A stretch of 64,000 bases of DNA from Holothuria leucospilota. Lineage: Eukaryota. A program made the position numbers and the translations under genes. The DNA lies in assembly GCA_029531755.1 (NCBI GenBank), contig CM055969.1, forward strand, positions 23,815,285-23,879,284, in the 5' to 3' direction. Below the pieces are notes generated by a model. That model did not search any database. It saw nothing but the letters and a program-made list of their open reading frames with translations, and was not told the origin of the DNA. Of this stretch, positions 37,992 to 51,500 are shown one piece after another (position 1 is the first letter of the stretch; every line of letters starts with the position of its first letter).

Positions 37992-38830
37992 TAAGACATC
38001 ATTCTAGAGCAGGGGTGGAGAACCTTTTCCTTCTGACGGGCCGTTTTGATAGTCATAACCACTCGCGGGCCGCAGTCAGCGAGGCCCGAGGGCGCAACAA
38101 ACTTTCCCCATGGGACGCAGTCCAAGAGGCCGCAGACGGGTTCTGCTGGGGAAAAACTCATGTAAGATATTAGAGCGAAGCCCCCGAAGCTATGAAGATT
38201 GTGCAGATTTGTAGGCGCAATGTACAAGGCTACACAGACCAGATGTATTACAATAGTTGTCTTTCTATTTATGTATGAATAATGTTGGATGAGCCCAAAC
38301 AAAAAGTTCGCGCGAAGCGCGCCGAAAAAAATCAACTAACTTTATTTTCCCTTTACTTTGCAAAAGTGTTAACTCTTTAAAGTTTAATGCATACTTCGGA
38401 GGGACAGTTCTAACTAACCCCTCCCCCCTCCCTGAATCTACCAAATACAGTACGGTACCCACTTAGTCGTACTGTTATAGATAGACCTAGCCTGTACATG
38501 TGATAGCGTAATTCTGTTCAATGCTATGTAGCCTCCCACACAAAGCTTCAGTATCACCAGCAGTACAAGGGGTTCAGCAAGTGGTTCATGTTTACCGAAA
38601 CGGTGGACGTGATGCATTATTCATACTAGGGTTTAGTAATATGCTGGAAGTGTTTGAGAAGTTTTACGTAAAATATCCGGAAAGCGGTACAAACAGGAGA
38701 TTAATACGGTGAGCTAAAAGATTATTATCAATTACTTTTTAAGTGATTCTGAATTTGCCTTTATGGCTTGCCTCACGGGCCGGATAAAAAGGTCTCGCGG
38801 GCCGGAGGTTCCCCACCCCTGTTCTAGAGT
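37992..38830. mobile_element. ~840-bp TIR element with ends CTAGAGCAGGGGTGGAGAACCTTTTCCTTCTGACGGGCCG ... CGGCCCGCGAGACC..CGGAGGTTCCCCACCCCTGTTCTAGAG.
   Basis: Terminal inverted repeats read directly at 37994-38035 and 38790-38830. No coding capacity was seen. Confidence 0.5.
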
Positions 38831-40282
38831 AATTTCCTAGACGTGGGTTGTACTATATTCTTATTACAAGTTTGGGATATTAAACGTGAGTTGTATTTGA
38901 GATAAAACTACTCCAATAAGTGACTATAATATCATCATTAATATCAGATGAAGAAGATATCTTCTCTATAATGAAAGACTTTGACTAGCATGAAAGGGAT
39001 GGCTTATCATAAAATAATGCAACAGAACAGTTGAGCTGATATAGCATATTTTGTATTTACATAATAATCAGAGGGAAAGGAATAAAGAAGATACCAATTT
39101 ATAGTTCCATCTAGTGAATTTAATATCTGTGAATTGCAATGAAAAAGTTATGTGTTCATTTAAAAATGCCCCTACTGAGTACTTGCAACCTCACTATGCT
39201 TATACCTACGTTCATTATACTGTCACAGAAACAATCTTTTTTTAAAAAAAATAAACTTCTATTAGACTGATTTCTTTCGGGAATGAAAAAATTACTTTCA
39301 TCTCGTTTTACATACCAAACGTGCTCAAACTCATTCAGTATAATTTTGCTTACAGTAATACCTTACCATGCAAGATATGTTGAGATAATTACGGAGACTT
39401 TTGATTTAATCTGATGACTTTTTCATACGTAAAAAGATTTCCAAACGCAACTAAATGGAATTCTGCCCCACTATTTTACTAAAACTAAATTTAAACTGTG
39501 CTACTAAGTTTTAAAGTTAAAAAAAACTTGGGGTGCCAGTAGTTTTACATCAAACTGGAGAAAAGGTAATGTGTCGGAAATGAATGAATTATTTTCATCC
39601 GTTTTACATATGAAAACACTGGAACCCAACCAACGAAATTTTGCTTATAGTAATATCTAACCATACTAAAACTATAGAAGAAACGTGACCAAGAATTTTG
39701 TTGATATGATCTGATGGCAATCACAAACAAGCGATATGAGCTTTCAACGGTTACTTGTATAACTCATGTAAATTTCGAATTTTTCAGTGAGCTACTGTGT
39801 TTGTGGTCTAAAAAAGATGGATCTACCAATTAAATTTTCTATAGAAAAAAGAAGATATTTTTGAATGACCGTGTTGTCTTGGAGTAAAAATATCACAAAA
39901 TTGGATTCCAAACATTCGCTATTGAGATTGCCAAGTGTCAAGTCAAAATTTATTAATATGCTAAAAAATTTAATAGCAAGTCTATACATTTTTCAAGAGA
40001 TCAGTCTCATTTGGGGGTACGGACAAGGGGCACGACACTTTCGGGGGAGGCACGTCCCCCTTTGGCCACGCCACTGCATTTTGGGAAACTTTTACTTAGG
40101 ACACTACTAACCAACTGAGGGTGGTATTCGGCGTAGATAGTGTGAGCCATTAAAAAGGCCACCGACTGTACGCAGGCTATACCATACCACATTCTCACGG
40201 ACCCGCGCTTCAAAATAAATTTCTGTACTATGCCTAATTCAGTTCTTCAATGTGTACTTTTTCATAGAGGAGACTCGGACTC

Positions 40283-40395
40283 GGAAAATGACTCGGAACG
40301 TGTGACTCGGACTCGAATACCAGTGATTCAGACTCGGACTCGATCGGATTTGAGGACTCGGACAGGGAAGAAGTGGGGACTCGACTAAGCGTACA
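40283..40395. repeat. Degenerate (GACTCG)n/(GACTCGGA)n minisatellite.
   Basis: gactcggactcggaaaatgactcggaacgtgtgactcggactcg... Confidence 0.7.
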
Positions 40396-40626
40396 ACACT
40401 GATAATTTCCGAACTAAGGCCGATTGACGAGCACTGACAGTAAAACCACATGGCCCCGATTTGGAGGACCAATGCTGGATCCAGTCGCCAACCCAGATTG
40501 TCCCCAAGTCAGTGGGTCAGGAAAATGGGTGTCATGGGTGAAAAAGGGTGTCATGGCTGGGCGGACGGAATTGACATACATATGCAACCAGAGCTCTTGA
40601 TGTAATGTAATGATGGCGGACGCGTA

Positions 40627-40878
40627 ATTTTTTTCCCAGGACGAATGAGGGCAAATCATGCCAATGGACGAATCAGCTTCTTGGAAATAATTCCAAAAGT
40701 GACAGCTTTTCGATCCTTTTTTGAAATTCTGACAGCGGATTATGAAAGAACAGACCAAATAACCCTTACTTACGTAGCCCTACGTTTAAAATATGAATCT
40801 CACCTTGATGTAGAAACAAGTTTACACTATGAAAAATCGATCTGCCCTCATTCGTCCTGGGAAAAAAATTATGCTGGC
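40627..40878. mobile_element. Second copy of the 28-bp-TIR MITE family, ~1.2 kb upstream of the UBXN4 start (40878 to 41097).
   Basis: See 10948-11246. ORFs 40645..41019 and 10933..11163 are translations of the shared repeat. Confidence 0.6.
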
Positions 40879-41096
40879 GGTACCGCTATCTCTGTCAGCT
40901 TAGTAGGCTATTGCGCAACATATCAAGAAAACCGACTTGGTACAAGTTTCGCGAAACTAGTGCAAAATGAAAGTAAGTCTACGTGTTGGAATAGTATGCT
41001 TGTTCATTGCATGTACTAGGCAGCACAACAACCACAAATACACTGCGTAAAAATTGAAATAACCGATTTTTCAATAACCATTAGACTTTCAGAGAG

Positions 41097-41179
41097 ATGG
41101 ATTGGTTCAACGGAGATGTTAGTGTGGGCATAACTGAAGCAAAGAAGCGAAACACACTCTTTGTAGTGTACATTCGGGG
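41097..41179 (+). CDS. UBXN4: UBXN4-like (UBX domain-containing protein 4/erasin) exon 1 with start codon. Encodes MDWFNGDVSVGITEAKKRNTLFVVYIRG, which matches the human N-terminus MLWFQGAIPAAIATAKRSGAVFVVFVAG. Ends in phase 2 (GG) before a gt donor.
   Basis: ATG at 41097 with an open frame to the GT donor at 41180. Strong similarity to the UBXN4 N-terminus, recalled from memory and not database-checked. The splice phase matches exon 2. Confidence 0.7.
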
Positions 41180-41442
41180 TTTGTATCACAAGACATTAAC
41201 CACTATCAAGTATCAGACTATGACACCTGGTTAGGCCTACAGTAATACTAAGTTAGGCCTAACGTTAGGGGCTAGGGCCTACTTTAACGTGCCCAGTTGT
41301 GTACAATATTATTAGGTAGTATAAACTTAGGCGTACGCAGTGGATCACACTGAAGTGCACACTAAACAGTAACATCTGACATAAGAACATGTCAAGCCAA
41401 AGAAATACCCAAAAATCATGTCATGTGGATGTCTCCAAACAG

Positions 41443-42100
41443 ATAGCCTACAGCACAGGCAGTCCTAGCGTTATATAGTAAATACTACATATATATAATA
41501 ATGGAAAGGTAGCGCACTTCACGGCCTTTCGGTACCAACTTCGCCTAACTGAATTACGATTTTTATGCCTTAATATCCACCTTACCTCTTTTCAATACAT
41601 ACGGATGTTCAAATCGCGTGTTCCAATCACTTGAGTAGTGTCATGATTCATTTGGATCAAAAAATGTCCTCCAAAAAGCAACATTTCTCCGCGAAAATTT
41701 GGTTTCCACACTATCGCGTTCAGTGAAAAACAGAATCCGGGCCTCCCATTGGATAGTTCCACCCTCGTCATGACGTCATGACAAGGGGCCGTATACCATT
41801 CAATGGGAAAGCTGACGACTGAACGCGATAGTGTGGAAACCCAATTTTCGCGGAGAAATGTTTCTTTTTGGAAGACATTTTTTGATCCAAATGAATCATG
41901 ACACTACTCAAGTGATTGGAAGACGCGATTTGAACATCCGTATGTATTGAAAAGAGGTAAGGTGGATATTAAGGCATAAAAATTGTAATTCAGTTAGGCG
42001 AAGTTGGTACCGAAAGGCCGTGAAGTGCGCTACCTTTCCATTATTATATATATGTAGTATTTACTATATAACGCTAGGACTGCCTGTGGCCTACAGTATG
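41443..42100. repeat. Long imperfect palindrome (~320-bp arms) centred near 41770 (gtcatgacgtcatgac), in UBXN4 intron 1. Probably a foldback element or hairpin-forming MITE.
   Basis: 41455-41760 is the reverse complement of 41780-42090. For example, ggtagcgcacttcacggcctttcggtaccaacttcgcc pairs with ggcgaagttggtaccgaaaggccgtgaagtgcgctacc. Confidence 0.75.
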
Positions 42101-44529
42101 TGTACCAATAGCGTGAAACACATTTATTGATTGTATTTTTCAGAACTTATCAAATTGTACATCGAGTATCATCCAAGTTCAGTACAAAGACAAAGTCTTT
42201 CATCAGCATTAAAATAATCTTGCAGATTTTATTATGGTATCGGTAAACACAGTTTTATTGGTTTCGCGCTATTGGTACACCTACTGTAGGCCTAGGTCTA
42301 ATGTTACAACTTTACAAGAATGGTGATGGGCCTAATGTTAGATTTAAGTTTCAACTTACTGTAGTCCTAGCATTAATGTTACACCCGCAAACTTTACTGT
42401 AACCCCTGTGTATAGGGTAGCAGTAGGGGAAGGGTGGGGGTTTTTGACCACCAGGGTATTTCCATCCACCATGAACATTTCTGCCAAATTTGAATTTCAT
42501 GAAGAAACAACAGTAAAAATATATTTGCCACCAAGTACTATGAACTAGTGGCAATTCAAAATCACCAAACTTTTAACCCAAGCTAAAAATTTAATTAAAA
42601 AAATCCAAACCTGAACACTGAATGCATATACATTAGTTTCAAAATCATGGTTTCTTAAAATGGAAGATAAGCCACATGACTTACTTCTTCATAAACTTAA
42701 TTATAAGGTGGTCAGATTTGATCCTGTATAGGTAAGGGTTATTGGGATGTTGTAATGAAAAGATCAAACCTACCTTAAAATTGTTTCTCTCCTCATTTAG
42801 TGGGGAGGTTGAAAACCACACACTGCTTTTCAATGTGACAGGCAATTTTTGACTAAATAGTTTTTGGCCGGCATAAAATCATGGAAACTTCTACAGTCTG
42901 ATTCATTTTAAGTAATATAATTAATGGCCATATACCAATGTAAAACAGTTACCTTCATACAGTATGTAACTTCTATCACAACATCTGCACAATGACCACT
43001 TATGACCCATACAAAATTCATTTGAACCTTAAATTAACATGTTTTTCAATGGGGCGGTTGAAAATACCTAAAGGTAGGTCAAAAATTGCCAATTTTTGTC
43101 CCCTTTTATCCATCATGACATAATCCAGTTAGAGAAAACTAATCAAACAAAGGACATACACTGAATGGTAGAACAGGCATTTTACAGTAGTATTGATCAA
43201 AGGTAAGTTGGTTCAGTTGCTTCAATGCTCTTTTTAATTTTTGAAACCAAAAACCCTTAAGTGGTCAAAAATTCCCCATCCTACTGTACCCTACATGCAC
43301 ACCCAGGGTGCATTTTAGTGTAAAGCCAATCTCTGAGTTAGGCTACACAGTGGTGTCAGCTTTGTTCTGCTGAGGTATCGGAGGCCTATTACAGGCCAAC
43401 AAACACAGACTTGATTCACAGCACACTGCATGTAGTACTGTACAAAATTCCATTGTCCACTGCCCTTCTGTGTGATGATCACTCATCTTACTGGGAGATA
43501 AAAATTTTACACACATTTTATCATATTTGGCAGGATAATTATATTTGGGAGAGACTGAATGGGTGTAAAGTGGAAACACATCATTGCAGAAAATTTTGTG
43601 TTTTTAGTTTGACTTAGGCCTAATTTTCAGTACAAAATATAATGTCATTAGGTTAGTGATATGATCAACTTCTCACACTGCTTTATTATGATCTCACACT
43701 ATCCAATTTTCATTTGTTTCAGATAATGATTCCTCGATTCCTTCCTCTTTACAAATAGACCATCTTTACAATATTTAGTATCTGACACTGTAACCCAAAA
43801 TGTCACTCTGTAATTTTTTGATAAGTTGTCTTTACGTACAGTAGCTTGGAAGTTGTGTACTGACCTTCAAACTAAAAACATTGCAGTCCTGGGACAAAAT
43901 ATCCTGGGATCTGTCAGGAATCTTACAGTAACAAACAGCAGTCTTCTTTGATATGATATTTACGTGTTTGAAAATTCATAAAAAAAAGAAAAAAAAAAGT
44001 GAACAAGCATGGGCAGAGAGTTGATCTGTCTGATAGTATGGAAGGGACTATGGATCAAATCCCGGTTGATCAACCAGTATTTAAAAATGTTGGGTACTTG
44101 GGTACAAATGGTGTTTGTGGTGTACAGGTGGACAAATTTCTCTCTGAAAGGAATCCTTTGTCATCTTGCAATTATCTAAAGGTTCAATGTGATTCTCGGG
44201 TTCGAGGCCATTGTAAGAAGCTAGTTAAGTGTTTTGCAAGGCTCGACATTAGGAAGTTCAGCTTTTCTCATAGAGTTGTTAACGAGTGGAATAGTCTGCC
44301 TGAGTGGGTAGTTAACTCCACATCTGTGCACTGCTTCAAGGTTAACATTGACAATTTCTTCCATAAGTGTGGTAGAATCTAATTGTGCTGGGCTCACTTG
44401 GTGCTGGTTGGTTCTTTGTTTTCAGTTAAGGTTGTATGGACTTCAGGGCATCTTATGGGGCCTTAGCCCTCCTTTGCCCTTTAACCTGTTTTTTTATGTT
44501 ATGTTACTGTTTAATTGTTTGGAGGAGGA

Positions 44530-44800
44530 TTTATTAGACTGAAGGTTCACTAGATGAAGGATCCTACTGTACTGCAACTCTAAACTAAATCTTAAGCTTA
44601 CTGTAACCATGATCGTAACCCAGACTCTAATACTACCTGAAACTGAAACTGAAACCTGAGGATAATCTGAATCCTTATCATAACCCTTCAGTAAATCTGT
44701 ATCTAACCAGATCCTAACCCTAACTGTGACAATTAACTTTAGGTTTTCAGTCATGAGGATCTTTGATAAGTTGTAGTGAACCTTCAGTCTAGTGAACGAT
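44530..44800. mobile_element. MITE with TIR agactgaaggttcactag...ctagtgaaccttcagtct and internal (taaccc/taatcc)-like repeats. A partial copy lies at 48590-48660.
   Basis: Inverted ends at 44537-44560 and 44770-44795. The motif agtgaaccttcagtctagtg..gcatccc also occurs at 48622-48655. Confidence 0.45.
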
Positions 44801-45841
44801 CCGTCTAATGGGCATCCCGTGATTATTTGCTCAAGTTGTTCAGCAAACCTGTTTCAGTGATGCTAAGGTTGTGTTTGAATTGTGCAGTTAAAATGGGTTT
44901 TGGGTTTTCCAAGTCAGGTATTATCTACTGTACCTTTCTGTACTATACGGTAGGTCTGTCTTATTATCCTGTGAGCACTAATCAAAAAAATGAAGGGGAC
45001 CTAGTTCACAATCTACTCTACTTGACTAGGCCTTGGAGACATGGCCCCTTGTGATGGGGAATGGGGGAGGGACTGAGAAATTTTGTTTGATTTTTGGTTC
45101 ATTTGAATTTGATTTCAATTTGATATTTGGTCATTTTCAGGAATGGTCAATACAGTAATATTAAACATTTGGAAGAAATGCTGAAAACACTTAACTTAGG
45201 CTCATATGATACTGTACTAAAGTTACAGTATACTGTACAGCTAAGTTTAATTTGTATGGTATATTGAATAAACTGGGGCTTTAAATTCATAAGTGTACAG
45301 TCATGCTAATTTTTGTTGGTACTGTACTGTTCAGTATTGCCTTCTTATCAACAAATGAAACCTAAGCATGCCACTATGCTGTGATATGGCTTGACTCTTG
45401 AAGTTTAAAGGGGCTCATTGAGTTGATATTGGTTATTTTATGATGAGATTGAAGGAAATTTTTAGTCTCATCACTCATGTATCTCTTCCTCTAAGTTACT
45501 GTACCAAAAATATGAGAAATGGTACTTTTTGTGGACAGGGGTTATATGTGTGTAATACATACAGTAATGGTGAAAATTGTCACAAATTTATAAATGATTT
45601 CAATCATTAATTACCCCATCATTGCCATTTCAGTTGTGTGTCAGATGGGCAGAATCTCTTAGTTTGACCATTTACTCAAGATGTGAGTAAAACTCAACAG
45701 GTGTGAAAAAAATTCATGCATTTTGTGAACCACCTCAATAAACCCCTTAGTCTGAAGTTGACCTTTAAAGCCTCCTCGCCATTCCCAATGAAACTTCTGT
45801 CGCTTTCTACTGTTTTTTCATTTTGTTTTATCAGATGATAG

Positions 45842-45940
45842 TGAGGAGTCCAAGAAAATGGACAAAACATGGGCATCTAGCGAAGTTGCTGAGATTTGCA
45901 AGAAACGGGGCTTAGTTGTCATGCGTTTCCAGAAAGACAG
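45842..45940 (+). CDS. UBXN4: UBXN4-like exon 2. Encodes (G)EESKKMDKTWASSEVAEICKKRGLVVMRFQKD. It starts with 1 nt that completes the Gly codon and ends in phase 2 (AG).
   Basis: Acceptor gatgatag|T and donor AG|gtaatt. The frame continues from exon 1. Aligns with human GDDEQSTQMAASWEDDKVTEASSNSFVAIKID. Confidence 0.65.
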
Positions 45941-47859
45941 GTAATTTCCATGACACTTGCATTATTATAGAAGAAAATAAGGTCATTACTCTACAGGGTG
46001 TTTACTTCAGACTTGTAGAGTGAGTACAAAGTCGTGAGTACGAGTACAAGGGCAGTGTCTGTGTTGTGAGTACAAGTATGAGTACATGTCCTTTTTCATG
46101 AATATGAGTGAAAAATTTTGCATTAGCCCCTATGCAGAGCTTTCCAAATCTGTGAGTAAAAGTATGAGTACAACTTAATTCTCATTAGTACGAGTTCAGG
46201 CAATTGTGCAAACCCATGAGTATGAGTACATACTCACTGCTGTATTGTGGTTAGAGAAACCCGTTTCACTGGGTCAAAAGTATTTTGGAAAGAAGTAAAT
46301 GTTATATTTCACATTGATGACTTATATACTGTACCTATCGTTTCCCTACATTTTGGGATTTACAGTAGGACTGTTATCCTTCCTACACAAAGTAATATAC
46401 AATGTTCATTAGAACTGAGAAAATGTGTCATCCTCTTTGCATCTCTTTGTTTACCACCAAGCCTTGATGTATGTAAGGTAATTTTTACCACGTGGTCCCA
46501 GGGGATTTGTACTGTTTGTTCAAAGCATTTGTTCTTATTCCCCAACTTATCAAATACAAAGTGCGGTGTTTTCACCATTAAGTTAGGATATTCCTTGTGT
46601 GTACTGTACATAAAATTTTCCATATTTGTGCACTCTGACACAAGTTTATAAGCTCATTTTACATTTCTTATATATGTACATGTACAGTAGTAGCTTGTTA
46701 CAGTATATAAACCAGGGTATTCCTGTAGTCTTAGCAACGCATCGCAAAACATGGATTGGGCTGGCTCAAAGCAATCATACATTCTCAGAATATAAAAAAA
46801 ATATTTACATATTAGAATTTATTGGAGAACAAGACTGCTGCTTTCTACATAAAATTTTAACCCTAAATGTTTTGCCTTTTGGTATGTTTTCTTTTATTCC
46901 TCCAAAAACAGCTCTGAATGCAAGATGTTTTCTCAATACTGTATCCTTTTTTGTTTGATGTGATGAAAAAGGAATAACCATTCAACAGTTGTTTACATTG
47001 ATCTACTTTGTGTTAACTGTTCCAAAAGATGTGTTGTGGAATTGCTAAAATGGACTTGCTGATCATAACTTGTGGTAGACATTCATGGAGGACAAATAAT
47101 TGTGCTCATATTTCACTGCAGCTGTAAGTACCCATTCTAATAAGCAGGGTTCTAGCTAGACCAAGTGTAGTGCCCACTAATTCAGTATCAACATAGTGAA
47201 GAAAGTAGATGTTAAAGAGCTGGAGACCAGGATCCAGGGTAAAGGCCTCCGTTGGATTCCCTTCTTAACCTTGTTGGCCATTCTGGAAACTGTAAAGTTT
47301 TGTAGAAACCATGACTTAGTTATTTTCCATACCAATACCATTTTTCATATCCATATCAGGGTTTTTTCGTTTAATTCTGTGCTGGTTGGCAAATTTGAAA
47401 GTTCCCTCTGAGTACCAGTTGAGCAATGGCAGTTTTTGTAGCTTCTGAGTACTGCTGCTACCCAGCATAGCGATGTAGAACCCTGCTCTTTTTTACTCAT
47501 ACTGGTATGTTTAAATTTGAAATTATCACTTATAAAACAATCTTGTCATCTGGATTTTGGTAGTGTACAGTCTATGTAGTGCTTGTAATCTAGCATCCAT
47601 GTGTTGCTCCACATGCACAAAAAATGGTTCTCAGTCATAAACCTTGTGACAGTGTTGCCTATTGCTGTGACCAACTTCAGCTTCCACACAAATTATGAAT
47701 TCATATTTTCATATCATTCAGTCGTTGTTTTTTTTTTTGGACAAAAGTTGAACCAGCCTGACATGAATGTTACTTTTGTAATTCACACAAATAACAAAAA
47801 TAAAATAGCACTCATACTCACATGTGCTTGTAAGATTGTAGCCACATTATACTGTACAG

Positions 47860-48028
47860 TAGATCTACAAAAGGAAGGAATTTCTCCTTATCGTGCAATA
47901 CATCAGACCCTGTACTGGTCGTTCCGTCAGTGTCATTCATATCTGGGCAGACGGGGGTACTCGTGGAAGCTACAGCAGGTCATGTCGATGTTGCTCCATT
48001 CCTTGATAGAATTGAAGCTGCAGCAAAG
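47860..48028 (+). CDS. UBXN4: UBXN4-like exon 3. Encodes (S)RSTKGRNFSLSCNTSDPVLVVPSVSFISGQTGVLVEATAGHVDVAPFLDRIEAAAK. An alternative acceptor at 47841/47842 would add SHIILY.
   Basis: Matches human ...YPVVCVPSSFFIGDSGIPLEVIAGSVSADELVTRIHKV. The AG|T acceptor restores the AGT/AGC Ser codon from exon 2 phase 2. Donor AAG|gtaaag in phase 0. Confidence 0.6.
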
Positions 48029-48739
48029 GTAAAGGAATTAACTTGAAGAGAAGGTCATTTCAATATTTACCTTAGTTTAATATTGTGTTTATTCATTGTT
48101 TGACACTTGTTGGGGTCGGGGGGAATTCAGCACAAACAGTTAATTATCAGGAATAAAATTGCCAGCAAATTGAAGCTTAGACCTGCTTCTGTATGTTTAG
48201 TGGTGTAAGGGTGGGATTTGTTCTGTACTTGTCTTGTCAGTAGAGTCTCAGATGACAAGGGCACAAATTGCGGTACAGCATTTGATTAGCAAAATGATGT
48301 AGAGCTCTGTTTAAATGTCTAATATATTTGCATCCCATTTGGGAAATACAGATACTGCTTTGTGCATCTTTAATGTTAATTCTTGCATGGTTTATTAGAT
48401 CGAGATTTGCTAGATCGAAAGTTTACTGGACCAAAGATCCTAACTCTATTAAAACTTATCCAAATGGTAAACAGTAATCCTATATAACACAAACCCTAAT
48501 CCTACTTGAGGATAATCCTTAGCCTAATCCTAAACATTTTCAGTATCTAACAGGAATCCTAACCTACTTCTAACTCGAACTAGATTTTTGTCCAAGGGGA
48601 CCTCAGGTCTGGGAGACCTTTGATCTAGTGAACCTTCAGTCTAGTGGGCATCCCCATTTCATTTTCAGTGGATTCTATTTAATCAGAAACGTAAAGTACA
48701 TTTTTGTCATGTTACAGTCTTTTGCTTAAATCGTTACAG

Positions 48740-48821
48740 GCAGCCGAAGGTTCCTCTACAGGAAACAGTGAAAATACTAAAGTTGGCGAAACATCTTCTC
48801 AAGCTCCTACGGCACAGACAG
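48740..48821 (+). CDS. UBXN4: UBXN4-like exon 4. Low-complexity linker AAEGSSTGNSENTKVGETSSQAPTAQT, ending in phase 1 (G).
   Basis: Acceptor ttacag|G and donor G|gtacag. Using gt one codon later gives an in-frame stop. Phase is consistent with exons 3 and 5. Confidence 0.55.
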
Positions 48822-48837
48822 GTACAGTGTTGTAGGT

Positions 48838-49240
48838 TCTGGATTAGGGCTGTGATTGTGCAATGAAATCACTAAACGTTTAATCACAAAAATTTGCGAT
48901 CGTTTTGCGATTAATCGCAATTACCATGTATGTGGAAATTGCCCCAAACAGTATCAGTAACAACCACATTTATATTGGATATATCAATGTTGTCTCCGCC
49001 TAAACGAAAAACACCTTTAACCATTCATACCAACATGCTGTAGTGCGTGCTACATGTTTATTAAAATAACTATGGATTACGGGCATCAAAAGGGAATTAA
49101 TGTTTGGATAACATATGACAAGAAGATGATTGCAAGAAAAACCAGCTGCGATTAATCGCAAGTAGATTTTTACTAAACGTTTTTCCCTCATGCGATCGTT
49201 TAGCGATTAATCGCTAAACGATCACAGCCCTATTCTGGAT
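48838..49240. mobile_element. ~400-bp MITE in UBXN4 intron 4. TIR GGATTAGGGCTGTGATTGTG...CGATCACAGCCCTATTCTGGAT, with internal palindromes gcgattaatcgc.
   Basis: Inverted terminal repeats read directly. Confidence 0.5.
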
Positions 49241-49920
49241 GTAGCTTGTAATCTTTTTTCTAACTTTAAAAGTGACCAAAACCCAGTCTTGAAAACAATG
49301 AATGTACTTTAATTTTTAAGCAGCTTTTTTCCAGGGCTTGGAATTGCTTGAACTCTGTTATTTCATAATTAGGTTTGGAATAGCACTTCAGTTTTATTTG
49401 TAGAGTATATAGCTAGATATATTGAGTTCTTTCTACTATCATCATCATCCATTTCTTAAAAAGTGTTACAATTGTTTGAAATGCTGTGGAAACATTGTGT
49501 TGATTAATCATAGCCTTCTGTATTAAAATGAAAAAATTCAAATTTGAAATTTTTTATGATCTAAAGCTCTGAATGTTTTGGTCCCTGTGCTGATGGCTTC
49601 AGAAACTACTGTAGGTGCATGCAGGTTATTAATAGTACTGTGCACTGCACTGTGTTTTTCTGTTGGAAAATAAGGTACTATTAATGCATATCATCAACCC
49701 TAGAGAATAGTTTAATATGTACTGTGGTTTAGGCACAGTTGTAGGAATAAAAATGTCCTTGGGGGAGGGGGAGTTGATGGGGGTGGGCTAGGAAGTAGAA
49801 CCACACCTGCTGTGGTTACTGTTTCCTTGTTTGATATGTGCTAGTTTTGTAATAGTTAATCATCTACTAAGGTTAAGAGCATACAAGGCAGTTATTTTTA
49901 CTGCTATTTTCCCTGGACAG

Positions 49921-50051
49921 AATCAGCCCCAGCACCCACCCCTGCCCCAGCCACTGCAGCAGCTCCTACTGAAAGTGTTCAAGAAAGAGCTGCTCGATTA
50001 AGAAAGAAAATGGAAGAAGTCCATGCAAAGAAAGAAGCTCAGAAAAAAGAG
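49921..50051 (+). CDS. UBXN4: UBXN4-like exon 5. Encodes (E)SAPAPTPAPATAAAPTESVQERAARLRKKMEEVHAKKEAQKKE, the start of the charged coiled-coil region.
   Basis: Acceptor ctggacag|AA, with the G from exon 4 completing GAA. Donor GAG|gtaaag in phase 0. The ERxxRLxKKxEE region resembles UBXN4. Confidence 0.6.
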
Positions 50052-51239
50052 GTAAAGTTTGGTTTTTGTGCAAAGAGAAATCTTTACATTTCTAATGGTA
50101 GATATATGTAAATAAGGGCTCACAGTAGTATTCCAAGAACAAGAGCAAGTTTGAACAATTATTTGATGCCTTTACTCCATGTTAGGATTTATTTGAATAA
50201 CTGACACATTTTGTCTACAGGTAATTGCACATAGTAAAATTTAAATGTAAACCCTGCAGTATACACATTTATCAGAAGCTAAAGAAGATTTCATTGTGAC
50301 ATTGTCACCCAATCATTTTGATAATTGACAAATTGTTGCTGTGTAATTAATGTATGTGAACAGCAACATTATGAATTATGCAGAAAAATGTGTGATCCAA
50401 AATTATGAATACATGGAAGAAAAAACAAAAAAATGAACAGAATTTCCAGGGGATTGTAAGCATACGGTAGTGTTTAGGTGCCTCATGAGTCAACTCTAAA
50501 GTTGTCTTTTTTCATATACATTTTGGAGTACTTATGAGTGGGTGGAGCTTAAGGGGCCTGACAAGTTAAACTAGTAATTTCCATAGAGTAGTGAGAGTCA
50601 GTTGCACAGGCATGTGGATTCCATCCTGCCTGGAAGGTTGGGTGGGGAGTGGGGGATGGTGGAGAGGCAGCTTCTGCTTGAAAATTATAAAAATTACCTG
50701 TAGTTTAAGGATAATTCATCTTGACATTTGAAGACATAGGCAACATTGGTAGGACACAAAAGATATTAACTGTACCTCTGATCACCTGTATGTTAGACCA
50801 TCATGATATTAGAAAAATCAATGTAAAGGCAATGTTAAATCCAACTGTAAATCAGTATTCTTTGCTCCTACAGAATTAATAGGAAAAGCAATTAAAATGT
50901 GAAATATCACTCTTTCTCTCAATATCACAATCTGTATAGCATAGCTCTCTGTTTTCGAGCATGAAAAATATGGTGTGGCAGCTATTACTGCTGTACAATA
51001 TCCTTGATCTTGCCATTCTGACCTGGGTTGCAGGTCTTCATTCCCTGTGGCCCTTCATAGTTCTGTAGTACCAGTCAGTATCCCCATTGGTGCAGATATG
51101 ACTTTTTTCTTTGTTGTTTGCAAAAGTTCTATTCATGACACTTCAATGAATGAAATGATAATTATTAAAGTGCTACAAAAATTGAAAAATGATTTCCGTT
51201 TGTCAAATTCCCCATCTTAACAGGACATTCAGTGCTAAG

Positions 51240-51500
51240 GTATAAGTGTTGAAGTTTGTCTCCTCAATAGACCTTATGCATTCATGTCACACAGAGTCAT
51301 TTTGGCGGCAAAACGGTGAAGCACATGGAACACACGAAGTAGACTTTGCATGCACACGTAGAAGATTACGAGTGTGTCCCACCAGTGCACTGATCAGCTG
51401 TCTGCAGTTGTTGGTGTAAGATGCAATGATATATGCTTGCCTCCATGGGGGCGGGGGGCACACTTTTTGTTCGTGACATCATGTGCATAAGATCTGTTAA
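51240..51500 (+). repeat. Divergent MITE-X-related copy (accttatgcattcatgtcacac...gacatcatgtgcataag) in UBXN4 intron 5.
   Basis: Alignable with 554-1004 and 27862-28080 at the ends and at the core ctgatcagctgtctgcagttgttggtgtaa. Confidence 0.45.
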
